The notes beneath the pieces were generated by a model that was not told where the DNA came from, ran no database searches, and saw only the letters and a list, made by a program, of their open reading frames with translations. From positions 48,732,001-48,796,000 of the forward strand of contig CM022665.1 in assembly GCA_012295275.1 (NCBI GenBank): DNA of 64,000 bases. Direction: 5' to 3'. Shown here piece after piece: positions 54,411 through 64,000 of this stretch. The DNA is from Chrysomallon squamiferum. Its lineage: Eukaryota > Animalia > Mollusca. Made by a program: the position numbers and the translations under genes. Each line of letters starts with the position of its first letter. The first letter of the stretch is position 1.

Positions 54411-56129
54411 ACTTAAAATATTATTCCTACATTAAACTGTTAACATACTTCAAAAATAATCTACACAGTAATTTCTAATTTATATAATTTGTTTAAGTGA
54501 TATTTATAATGTAATTTAGGTTCTCATGCAAATGGTCATGATATGTTTAACTGAAAAGAATTTTATTTCATTTTTAGCAATCAATCTTTGTTAATAACAA
54601 AGTATGATAATATAACAGAGGCACAGAGGTTGACTGAGATTATTTCAGAGATTATCATACTTTTTCATCAGTTGGAGAGTAAAGGTAAAATAATACCTGT
54701 ACAAAACTGTAAATATTTACTTTAGAACAGATGGAAAATATAGATCAAATATTCAAATTACACAAAGAGTTGTCGCCATGAACAAAAAAGATAAGTATGT
54801 GGAAATATGTCAGATTTATCTAGACACATTTGTAACATGTTTTGAACTTTAACCATGTTGTAGAACTGATTAAGTTTGATGATTATCAACACTTTGTACT
54901 AAACTGTCAATGTTTTCTGATTAATTAACTTCAGTATCAGAGTAAAATACAGATATTCAAATATAGTCCTGTTTATTGCATAAATTTACAAAGAGTTGTA
55001 TCTGAAGTGACATGCATACCAAAGTAACAAAGTGATGTGTTTAAAGTGATATACATTACAAATGGGCTGTATCAAAAATGGTTGTGTATAAAGAAGAATC
55101 AGGTTTAAAGTGACACGTATAACACAGTTGTTTAAAAGTGACATGTGTAACACAGTTGTTTAAAAGTGACTTGTATAACACAGTTGTTTAAAAGTGACAT
55201 TTATAACACAGTTGTTTAAAAGTGACCTGTATAACAAAGAGTTGTTTAAAACTGACATGTATAACAAAGAGTTGTTTAAGTGACATGTATAACAAAGTTG
55301 TTTAAAACACATGTATAACACAGTTGTTTAAAAGTGACTTGTATAACAAAGAGCTGTTTAAAACTGACATGTATAACAAACAGTTGTTTAAAAGTGACAT
55401 GTATAACAAAGAGCTGTTTAAAACTGACATGTACAACATGAGTTGTTTAAAGCTGACATGCATAACACAGTTGTTTAAAACTGATATGTATAACAGAGTT
55501 GTTTAAGAGTGACATGTAAAATAAAGGGTTGTTTTAAAAGTGACATGTATAACAAACAATTGTTTAAAAGTGACATGTATAACAAACAGTTGTTTAAAAG
55601 TGACATGTATAACAGTTATTTAAAACTGACATGTATAACAAAGAGTTATTTAAAAGTGACATTTATAACAAACAGTTGTTTAAAAGTGACATGTAAAATA
55701 AAGGGTTGTTTTAAAAGTGACATGTATAACAAAGAGTTGTTTAAAAGTGACATGTATAACAAAGAGTTGTTTAAAAGTGACATGTATAACAAACAGTTGT
55801 TTAAAAGTGACATGTATAACAGGATTTTGTTCTAGAAGACATATTTAGCAAAGGAGTGTTTAAAATAATATACAAATAACAAACCTTCCACCAGTCTGGA
55901 CAGAGACTAATACACTGTTCAGCATTTTTCAAAGCTTCCTGTGGAAATCCAAGTTTGATGAAAATCAGTGAACGATTGCTGAATATCTTAGCAAGTTCTT
56001 CTTTAGCCAAATCAAGATTCACAGCAATGTCAATGGCTGCATCATAACAGCCAAGAGCATCTCCAAATCTGTTTTGTTTTAAAAATGTTTCTGCTGCATC
56101 TGTAGCACTTTGAAGCTGCATGAACTCAT
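31314..56129 (-). CDS. TRANK1: TRANK1-like multi-exon gene, copy A: TPR/ankyrin modules plus RelE-like domain, helicase lost
   Basis: About 25 exons with TPR motifs, ankyrin motifs (GETALH, GKTLFH, GNTVLH, GNSLLH) and a TRANK1-type pre-helicase exon. Most junctions are phase-compatible, but the join between the two cassettes needs exon skipping. The first exon and start codon were not identified. Confidence 0.8.
31984..32244 (-). CDS. TRANK1: Copy A exon 17
   Basis: VPLDVTNNEGKMAVQYL...ESIAAK|GTATTA. Confidence 0.75.
33031..33497. mobile_element. hAT MITE
   Basis: TIRs tagtcatggtcaaactgcggcc / ttgcccatgcctg; degenerate 8-bp TSD atcttgat/atctacat. Confidence 0.7.
33531..33988. repeat. Foldback inverted repeat built from ~130-bp units
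   Basis: 33531-33620 is the reverse complement of 33900-33988; inner units are also complementary. Confidence 0.85.
34331..34506 (-). CDS. TRANK1: Copy A exon 16: ankyrin
   Basis: Hand translation: GNFQLFDKFL...QDKDGNSLLHIACRCRFNKHSLKVVERLCELQ|GT. Confidence 0.85.
34891..35307 (-). CDS. TRANK1: Copy A exon 15 (apparent GC donor)
   Basis: DIPCCMTSF...WLIDHG...EDTPIHAAL...EKDK G|GCTTGT. Confidence 0.75.
35633..35878 (-). CDS. TRANK1: Copy A exon 14
   Basis: TTTGTAG|DFCKVQP...GKMLNP G|GT; a paralogous piece lies at 7375-7528. Confidence 0.8.
36150..36413 (-). CDS. TRANK1: Copy A exon 13: ankyrin
   Basis: NIQDRNGNTVLHFAV...LLLKSGANPLITN. Confidence 0.85.
36827..37138 (-). CDS. TRANK1: Copy A exon 12': helical/ankyrin-like
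   Basis: TTTTAAG|..TSGQEIPG...LLQNGSNH...DGDTYLHAG...LT G|GTAAA. Confidence 0.8.
37709..37874 (-). CDS. TRANK1: Copy A exon 11': TPR-B
   Basis: AHVRVGRSFQAL...HQVESK G|GTAAG. Confidence 0.85.
38839..39143 (-). CDS. TRANK1: Copy A exon 10': TPR-A
   Basis: FKEEGNKEFKKQNYPAAVCHYNEAI...YDQNWHK|GT. Confidence 0.85.
39518..39784 (-). CDS. TRANK1: Copy A exon 9': ankyrin
   Basis: 267-nt paralog of 49185-49451. Confidence 0.85.
40530..40761 (-). CDS. TRANK1: Copy A exon 8'
   Basis: Paralog of 50255-50480 with an in-frame 6-nt indel. Confidence 0.8.
40923..41074 (-). CDS. TRANK1: Copy A exon 7'
   Basis: 152-nt paralog of 50692-50843. Confidence 0.8.
41411..41573 (-). CDS. TRANK1: Copy A exon 6': TPR-B, cassette 2
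   Basis: TTTGCCAG|RSYEQGQAYKSEHKFSEAFDIF...PPLENS G|GT. Confidence 0.8.
41588..42168. repeat. 30-bp minisatellite (GAGTTGTTTAAAAGTGACATGTATAACAAA), ~19 copies
   Basis: Direct tandem periodicity. Confidence 0.95.
43181..46640. repeat. Third copy of the 3.2-kb unit
   Basis: Colinear with 12580-14918 and 11400-12720; a more diverged, permuted copy lies at about 56470-58850. Confidence 0.9.
46760..46991. mobile_element. MITE-like GC-rich insert with imperfect terminal inverted repeats
   Basis: gaccggcacttttcacacgtg (~46771) versus caacgtgtgcaaaaggtgcgcgccgtc (~46955-46981); composition differs from the flanks; no TSD seen. Confidence 0.5.
46992..47232 (-). pseudogene. Broken exon 12 of cassette 1
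   Basis: Homologous to 36827-37138, but the acceptor AG is changed to AT and homology ends after LLQNGPDH at a GC-rich insert. Confidence 0.8.
47746..47911 (-). CDS. TRANK1: Copy A exon 11: TPR-B, cassette 1
   Basis: AQVRVGGSFQAL...HKVESK G|GTAAG. Confidence 0.85.
48512..48816 (-). CDS. TRANK1: Copy A exon 10: TPR-A, cassette 1
   Basis: Hand translation: KLFKEEGNKEFNNQNYPAAVCHYNEAI...LYGNRAECFLKLG...YDPTWHK|GT; 305 nt, as in its paralog. Confidence 0.85.
49185..49451 (-). CDS. TRANK1: Copy A exon 9: ankyrin, cassette 1
   Basis: GNAALMC...NDKGKTLFHIIC...LLDYRFDANVCDNSGLRPQDL. Confidence 0.85.
50255..50480 (-). CDS. TRANK1: Copy A exon 8, cassette 1
   Basis: VGMVVKDTDFW...KMCMLA G|GTTAG; the acceptor lacks a polypyrimidine tract. 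Confidence 0.7.
50692..50843 (-). CDS. TRANK1: Copy A exon 7, cassette 1
   Basis: GSILLNKLSE...KPVPVPQ|GTGAGT. Confidence 0.8.
51201..51363 (-). CDS. TRANK1: Copy A exon 6: TPR-B, cassette 1
   Basis: Not in the ORF track. Hand translation: GHWQLGQAYKSENKLSKAFDVFISGLIHAVHPDENSKTSFMLEIARLLPPLEDS G|GT. Same 163-nt length as its paralog at 41411. Confidence 0.85.
51657..51910 (-). CDS. TRANK1: Copy A exon 5: TPR-A of module 2
   Basis: EAGNRAHKQNDNKQALRYYEAAI...LHSNCSLVYSNMGDYKNALASA...SYYK|GT; tandem TAGTAG acceptor (start 51910 or 51907). Confidence 0.85.
52165..52434 (-). CDS. TRANK1: Copy A exon 4: ankyrin repeat
   Basis: GVHDLFKY...NQFGETALHII...LLLSYGCRTNIRDRHGKLPIDY, with AG/GT ends, phase 1-1. 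Confidence 0.85.
53224..53583 (-). CDS. TRANK1: Copy A exon 3: helical/ankyrin-like
   Basis: AAACAG|..TEDPES...WSKVVQQL...LAVCLLKKGADVN...ALQT G|GT, phase 1-1. Confidence 0.8.
53856..54015 (-). CDS. TRANK1: Copy A exon 2: TPR-B of module 1
   Basis: TTTTCAG|GYWRAATAHKRSG...VPVLY A|GTCAGT, phase 0-1. Confidence 0.8.
55103..55822. repeat. 28-31-bp minisatellite, same family as 41588
   Basis: Direct tandem periodicity. Confidence 0.95.
55885..56129 (-). CDS. TRANK1: Copy A exon 1 (first visible): TPR-A of module 1
   Basis: TTTACAG|AT GAG TTC...AETFLKQNRFGDALGCYDAAI...IFSNRSLIFIKLGFPQEALKNAEQCISLCPDWWK|GT. Confidence 0.85.
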
Positions 56130-59096
56130 CTGTAAACATAACTAATATACATTCATTTTAATTTTTTTGAATTTGACTGAAATATGTTCATTTTTGATTA
56201 TATTGTTTATAATTTGAGAACTGAATTCAACAGTTTGTGCCATTTTTAAAGTATGATCTGTTAATTAGTTTTACATTTAATATTAGCAGCAGAATTAAAC
56301 ATTTAAGCATTTATTTATTTTTAAGCAATTAAATGCAAAAAAGCTGAAAAGGAGAAATTAAACTGCTCTGTGCAAATCAATAAAATTAATAAAAATTACT
56401 AGAAAAAATAAACTTACTATCCATAAAAGGAAATTCCATGGTGAATTTTCAGAGTAATCTCACTGAAAAAGTAGAAGAAAAAAGATAATTTATTTGTTAT
56501 TGATTACTTTAGGATGAGGTAAGTGGCATGATCATAATTTTTTTGAATTATATAAAGTAAGCTGTTTTTTATCCTGTTTATGCTTGTTTGCTATATTAAA
56601 TGTTAAAACTGGTGAATATTTGTTAATAGTGGCAAAACTCTTTGAACAAAAATAATTTAATAAGCATATGTGCACATGATAAGAATGTATTTTTACTTCT
56701 CATCTGATAATTTCTATACTTCTAATGTTGTTCCACTTTATTACTGGTGATTACTGGCAAAGATTAATAAATAATTTTAGACTTGTGATCTCAGTTAAAT
56801 ATTTAGATATAGCAAGTTTTTAATGGTTCTAGATATTTTTAATTTATAGTGATAAAATGATAACTAATATTTTGTAGATTTATATTTAACTTTTTAAATT
56901 TATAATGAATAAAATTGATACACTATTAAAGCAATCTGAAATATATTCTAACGCTGTATTGCCTCTATACTTGCAAAACTGGAAACAGCTGAAATACCAG
57001 TAAGTCTTCTTTACTGACCAATGTCATCAGTGGTTGTCATTTAGACTTTATAAACAAAAATCTGAGCTGTTGGGTTTGCCAGTGAAGATAAAAACAGTGT
57101 TTTAGTTATTATATAACAGTAGTGTAAGTTGATAACTAGAAGAAACATTGGTAGTTTATCTTTTTTCTGATCATCTGTGAATATATAAAACAAACCAAAC
57201 AACAGCAGACAACTGAAGGGCTTAGAATCAGCTTAGAACACTGTTGTCAGTTAACTGGTATATTGAAGTATGAAAAATCAATAAATACATAAATACATAA
57301 ATAATTAAATATTTTTAAAGTAATATTCACACAGTTGTTTGATGGTTGTAAATGTAACTGATAAAGATTTAACTATTCAGGCATTATGGATTTTATGAAA
57401 TATATCACCAAATGATAAATCTGGTTAATTATAATTTATTGTTTGTGCAGAATAAGCAGATATATCTATGTGAAGTGTACTAGAAATAATCAGTTTATCA
57501 GATATTTTATCTGTTTGAATTGCTGACATCACACACTGTTTTCAGTGAAGCATTTTCTATTTCCTGTAACACATCTACTTTCAGTTTTACTAGAATATCA
57601 AGGTTTATAACTCCAAAAGAATAAATAATCTGTCAAATGATACTATTTGTTATTTTTTATGTCTTTTTAAAAAAGATTTTATATTTCAAGTTATGCTTCT
57701 TTATTTCAGTTTACTTATTACAGCAACATTCCAATATGAAGCCCTGAATTCAACTATTTAACAGAGAACTGTGTCTGTTACTGAATGCAAATATCTTTGT
57801 AATCTGTGAAATGAGTTCTGAAACTAAGACAGAATTACAGTTCTAGAAATTAAATAATAATTTAATTATCAATAAATTTCTTTACAAGAAAGCAAATCAG
57901 CATTAGTAGTAATGATGATAATAATAATGATAGTTGTTTATTATTATTATTATTATTATTATTATAAATATCAATCTGTATCAAATAAATGTCCATAATA
58001 GTCTTATTTTAGTAAATTTGAACATGACTGGAAATTTATGTTTTTTTCTTTTCTTCTTTTTTCTTTCTTTCTTTCTTTTTTTCTTTTCTCCAGATTACAG
58101 TAGTTGAGTACACTTGAATAAATATGTAACATGAATGTCCAAAGCAAAGAAACTGTAATTCTACACTATGAGTGTGTACAACACAACAAATATGATTTAA
58201 CTTTGTATAACTTTTCTGTTGTCATCTGATTAATAATTATATCTAACAGTTATTAATGAAAGTATAAAATATGTTTTAACATTAAATTACTGGACATACT
58301 CACACATTTTCAATGTTTTATCTACATTTTGTAGCATGATGAAATTTTCTTTTGATTTCTGAAAAACATTTTCTTACTTCCTAGTACTGTTTTACTTTCA
58401 GTTTAACTAAAATATCAAGGGACGTAACTCTGTATGACTAATTACACAAACACTCTATATATATTTATTCATTTATAAAACAGTGAACAAATACTAAGAT
58501 GAAACTGACCATGTTGATTATAATTGATTTGTTTCATTTCTTATTTCTGCCTACAAAAGTAATTACAAATCAATTTATTGTTATGTCATTTAATATTATT
58601 TTGCAAAGATTGTTTTAAAGAAACAGTGAAATACACTTTTTGTTTTCTTTCATAGTATTTATGTGTGTTTGTCTCTATATATTTCTTCTTTACATTTCAT
58701 GTTTATTTTCTTTCTTACAAACCTGCTTAAAGTGACATAAAAATATTTTAAATAAATATAGACTTTCATTCAAATGTTTAGACAAAAAACTGAAAGGAAA
58801 ATAAAAATTAATAGCTTTTTTGTTTTCAAATATTTGGTAATCGGTTTTAAATTTGGAAATTTATTTTATTTTTTTCCCAGTAAATGTGATCACATTACCT
58901 AACATTATCTTAATAATAATCTAAATCATAACATGAAATATATAAGATTAGAAAATATTCAGATGGACACAAAATTATTAGGAATAGTTACTGTCATACA
59001 CCATGTTTTTCTTTTAAAATAACCACAAGTATTCATAATTCCTTGGTCTTAATTTAAATAATAATAATGATAAAAATAATAATAATACTTCTACTA

Positions 59097-59164
<68 letters not shown>

Positions 59165-59924
59165 TTTACTGTTTCCATTTAAGTGGATTAACAATTAGTG
59201 AAATTTTTTTTTTGAAATTACAGCTCTTTTATGTGTATGTGTGTTTGCATGTGTGTGAATCTCATATATATATATATTTGTTTGTGTGTATGTGTGTGAG
59301 TGTGTGTGTGTTCAGAATAGAAAACAAATCCTAAAGCTAAGATTTTTATATTATTATATATGATTCTATTGTTGTGTTTGAAATTAAACTTGCTCATTAA
59401 ATGGATGAAAAAAACTTTAGAAATGTTGAGCATTGCTGTACTGTCAAGCGGTGATGTTTTTGATCGCGGTGTGTACACTGTATTATTTATTCTTTGATAA
59501 AAATAACTCAGCAATTTAAAACTACTGAAAGTTGTGTCTTACTAGTAGGTGTTTTCTGAATATTTCAATGTGTCTCGTTTAATACTAACTAGTTTGTTAT
59601 TTTATTTACAAAATAGCTATACTTTTCAATATTTGGTGAATTAAATGAATATCTTCTGTTGTAAACGTTCGGAATGTATTTTGAAAATTGTAAAACAAAA
59701 TGGACAAATTAATGATTTAAGATATACTGATCTTATTTGCACTTTGTAAAATGAAAAGCCAAGCTGTAACTTTATTTAATTTTGTATCACATCAGGTAGT
59801 ATGATAACATCGTGTTTATACAAGATTCATACCTGGTGACCCTGACCAAGATTTTTTTAAATAAATCATTTTATTTTATTTTATCTTATTATTTCATTTC
59901 TGTATTTCGTTTATTAAATAGCTT

Positions 59925-59955
<31 letters not shown>

Positions 59956-61270
59956 TTATTATTATTATTAATTCTAGTATTGGCAGACTAATTACAGTTA
60001 CATATGGAGGTACCATATACATGATATATATTAGTAATGTGTATGTATTAAGCAGTTGTTAATTATCTAATCTTTTCTAATATCATATCTAGAGTACTAT
60101 TACTAGATGTCTTTATTGTAGGTTGGAAGTGATATAAATATTATTTAAAATGTGAAAAGAAATCAGTGTGAACTGGTTGTCACTTGTTTACTGAAAGTGC
60201 TTACTGTTTCTGTCACGACATTTCTCAATAAACTGTAAGCTATACGCAGAGTTGTATTTTATTTAGTATTAAAAAGTTTGTTGTTTATTTTTTTGTGTTC
60301 TTTTTTTGTTGTTGTTGTTTTTTTTGTGTTTTTTTCGTTTACTAAACTACAAAGTAAAAGTAATTTTCTCGTGGTAGAAATTTACATTGTATTGTGTAAA
60401 TTTCCAAATAATTGTTTTATTTCGTGCTGGCCATACGTATAAAATAAACTGGACAAATCAATTATTTTAGTGATCTGAATTTCAGAAATTATTAATTTGT
60501 CTACTTGTAGCTTTATTTCAATTTGTACCTACTCACCAGCTAGCAGATGAGAAAATTGATGTTATCTGGGTTTAAAACGCAAGCTGTAGCTTTATTTAAT
60601 TTTGTATCACCTCATGCAGCATATGTCAACATCGTGTTTGACCTGGATTCATGACGTCTCAAGGACTTTTAAAATATATTATTTTTATTTATTTATTTAT
60701 TTACTTACTTACTTACTTACTTACTTATTTACTTTATTATATTTTTATTGATTGATTGATTCATTTATTTTATTTCATTTTATTCCATTTTAATTATTTA
60801 TTGTTCTTCGTGTTACTGTTATTGTTGTGTTATTATTATTTATTTATTTATTAATTTATTTATTTGTTCCTTTGTCCGAGTTTATATCTGTCTAATGATA
60901 TTAAATCAAATAAATAAATGATACAAAAACAAATAATAACAATTAAAAACATTAGAAGTAAATGAACGTTGTAAAAATGCAACGTCAGATTGAATACTAC
61001 GAAACACAGACAAGATGTGTGTGTATTTCAAAAAACAATAATAATTTTAATAAAATACCCATTAGAAATAGAAAAGAAGATAAGAATGTATACTTGAGAG
61101 CGTGTACTAGAAAAATTATATAGAATAAATAAATAAATTTTGTTGATTTATTTTAATTTAATTTTATTTCTTGACTATGTGTTTCATTTTCTAAAGTTTA
61201 TTATTTTCGTTAGAAAGTTCTTTAACTTTTGTCAAAATCATATTTTTCTTTATTTGTTCATGTTACTGCG

Positions 61271-61860
61271 GATAAACATCAAGCTCACTGAACACACTCG
61301 TCTGTGTAAACACATCAGTAACGTTAAACATGATAAACATCAAGCTCACCGAACACACTCGTCTGTGTAAACACATCAGTAACGTCATGATAAACATCAA
61401 GCTCACTGAACGTTCTGTGTAAACACATCAGTAACGTTAAACATGATAAACATCAAGCTCACCGAACACACTCGTCTGTGTAAACACATCAGTAACGTTA
61501 AACATGATAAACATCAAGCTCACTGAACACACTCGTCTGTGTAAACACATCAGTAACGTTAAACATGATAAACATCAAGCTCACCGAACACACTCGTCTG
61601 TGTACACACATCAGTAACGTTAAACATGATAAACATCAAGCTCACCGAACACACTCGTCTGTGTACACACATCAGTAACGTTAAACATGATAAACATCAA
61701 GCTCACTGAACACACTCGTCTGTGTAAACACATCAGTAACGTTAAACATGATAAACATCAAGCTCACCGAACACACTCGTCTGTGTAAACACATCAGTAA
61801 CGTTAAACATGATAAACATCAAGCTCACTGAACACACTTAAACACATCAGTAAAACATCA
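61271..61860. repeat. 61-bp tandem repeat, ~9.5 copies
   Basis: gataaacatcaagctcacYgaacacactcgtctgtgtaaacacatcagtaacgttaaacat. Confidence 0.95.
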
Positions 61861-61950
61861 TGGATGAACAAAATGATAAAGGTAAACTAATTTGTATAAA
61901 CTATTATTTTGAGGTAGCACTCGACATTCTACAGCTTGTTGTATGATGAT

Positions 61951-62228
61951 ATTTTATATCACAGCGTGGTTGGCTGCAAAACGGCAGTCCGATAAAAACA
62001 AAGAGTTAGGGACATTTCACCAGCATACCCTGTGAAAAACCTCCATTATATCACATCCACACACTCGCCCACATCTACAAACACGTTCAATTTTATATCA
62101 CAGCGTGGTTGGCTGGAAAACGGCAATCCGATAAAAACAAAGAGTTAAGGACATTTCACCAGGATACCCTGTGAAAAACCTCCATTATATCACATCCACA
62201 CACTCGCCCACATCTACAAACACGTTCA
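61951..62228. repeat. 139-bp direct duplication
   Basis: ttttatatcacagcgtggttggctg... at 61952 and 62091. Confidence 0.9.
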
Positions 62229-62916
62229 CATTCAGCCGTCCACATAAACGTGTGGCCAGATTTCAACAGATGTTTCTATCTAAATTATTATAAGTATAAA
62301 ATGAACCAATCAAAACACATTCTTATCTTCAACATTTCTCTGTGAATTAATTTGACAATTTTCGAAACTATAAAATAGAAAAGACAAGGTTCAGAGTTTT
62401 ATTTCAAAATGAATTTCAACGTTTTCTTCTTCTGTTCGTGGTTGGCAGCATTTCCAAACAAAAGAGAGGTGACTAAATTTTTAAAATTATTATTATTATT
62501 ATTATTGTTTCATTAGTTATTTTATTTTATTTTATTTTTGTATTTATTCTAAAATTAACATACACGCACGCAATCACACACATTTGGTGCTACTGTAATG
62601 AATAGTATTTACTTATGTTCACAAATAAATTTGGTGAGTAAAGTTACTAGTTTTTTTCATAAGTTTACTTTTTTTTTCTTTAATTATTTTATTTTATTTT
62701 ATTTTTTTTTTTCCTGTTATTTTATGTCATTTTTATTTATTTATTTATTTAGTTAGTTAGTTAGTTAGTTGAATTTCTTTTATGAATTTGATCTGTAAAA
62801 CTTTGCTTTGTATGAAATCAACTTTTTTAATTCTCGTGATTTGAACGAGTTATTAATATAAGCTCATCCGATGTGTTTTGAAATACAAATGCGCTAAAAT
62901 GTAAATGTTGAAACAG

Positions 62917-63120
62917 ATGGAAGCTGCGACACGTACACACAAGCAGTAAACTAATCTATGTGCTGCCAACTGTCGTCCTCAACGAGCACAGGACGTTGAC
63001 GAATGCAAGAATCATTGTACTCGCGATCCACAGTGCTTGGTAGGAAACTACTTGCGAGTGTTTTCTGTGGACAAGCTACAGCCGTTAAAACATTCAGTCG
63101 CATGAAACTCTGTCCTCAGG
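62917..63120 (+). pseudogene. Degenerate Cys-rich (PAN/apple-like) exon
   Basis: DVDECKNHCTRDPQCLVGNY, then ECFLW and KLCPQ in shifted frames; strong CAGG|GTAAGT donor. Confidence 0.45.
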
Positions 63121-63469
63121 GTAAGTGTTCACAGTACTGTGATTTCAGACATGATGTAGTGTTTATATCCAGGAAGCTTATGCTTTAGTGTCTACCCACC
63201 GATTTCTGTCTGTCTGTCCACCGCTCCGTCTGTCTGTCTATCTCTATCTGCCTATCTATCTATCCATCTATCTATCTATATCTATCTATCTGTTTGTCTA
63301 TCTCTCGATCTCTAAACATATTTTACTTATATTAATGGAGCAAAAATTCTATTAAAATTCTTTATATTTCTAAACCGTCATTTTATTAGTTCGGCCGACT
63401 TTTCATCAATAAACGAAGCAATAAAATGATACAATATTTACACTAGGATATTACTGTATCTTATTATAA

Positions 63470-63504
<35 letters not shown>

Positions 63505-63637
63505 AAAAACTAGTATAACAGTGTATGTTAGTTAAAACAACGTGTACACAGATTAGTATATCATTGTACACTTTTTAAAACCAACACTGTATATAACGGA
63601 ATGGAACGTATATGATTTGTTATGGTATTTGTCACAG

Positions 63638-63733
63638 ATAATATATGTGGTCTCTTCTGCATGAATGGTGGGACTGTTAGTGACGACTGTTCTACTTGTA
63701 GCTGTGTCAAACCTTGGTCAGGACCTTTCTGTT
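63638..63733 (+). CDS. EGF-like domain exon
   Basis: TCACAG|DNICGLFCMNGGTVSDDCSTCSCVKPWSGPFC T|GTAAGT; 96 nt, phase 1-1, six Cys. Confidence 0.8.
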
Positions 63734-64000
63734 GTAAGTAACATTTACGTGACGTGTGATTACCTGACTATTACATTTCTAATCTTGAGTAATATTTTGA
63801 TTGTTATTACAGTTCTAGTTTAGGAATAATGTTATTGTTATTTTCAATCTCAGCAGTATTATCCACAGTCTGAGAGTATTTTTGACTAACGTTTTCATGT
63901 AATGACTCTCTAATTGTTATTCGCGAATGCTGACATTTCAATAACGTTACAGATCTGATTTACTCGAGTTTTGTAGATGTGATTTTATCCAGGTTATAAT

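Noticed and set aside
55324-55835. Plus-strand repeat ORFs
   Set aside because: Same minisatellite artefact
60525-60570. Minus-strand CTG|GTGAGT donor as a possible TRANK1 first exon
   Set aside because: Lies among dispersed repeat copies with no supporting ORF or paralog conservation
61271-61860. CRISPR-like array
   Set aside because: Head-to-tail near-identical units with no unique spacers, eukaryotic context and no cas genes

Overview
AT-rich, microsatellite-rich eukaryotic DNA, probably from an invertebrate animal (the taxon cannot be determined from the sequence). The window is dominated by a rearranged, multi-copy, minus-strand TRANK1-like (TPR + ankyrin + UvrD/SF1 helicase; 'lupus brain antigen') locus. 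Copy A (about 56129->31314) has about 25 exons, almost all with open frames and GT-AG boundaries. They encode repeated TPR/helical/ankyrin modules, including a duplicated 7-exon cassette, followed by a RelE/ParE-like domain. The ORF stops right after that domain and the downstream helicase P-loop is decayed. Region B (about 15206->293) is a scrambled mosaic of paralogous exons joined at short microhomologies. It places helicase motifs V/VI upstream of an intact motif I exon whose RelE-like domain lacks the Arg and His kept in copy A. Also present: 3.2-kb segmental duplications, hAT and Tigger/pogo remnants, a MITE-like element at an exon breakpoint, a foldback inverted repeat, 30/43/61-bp minisatellites, and plus-strand Cys-rich exons (EGF, degenerate PAN/apple, possible F-type lectin). 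All exon boundaries and counts were read by hand and are not supported by transcript data or database searches.
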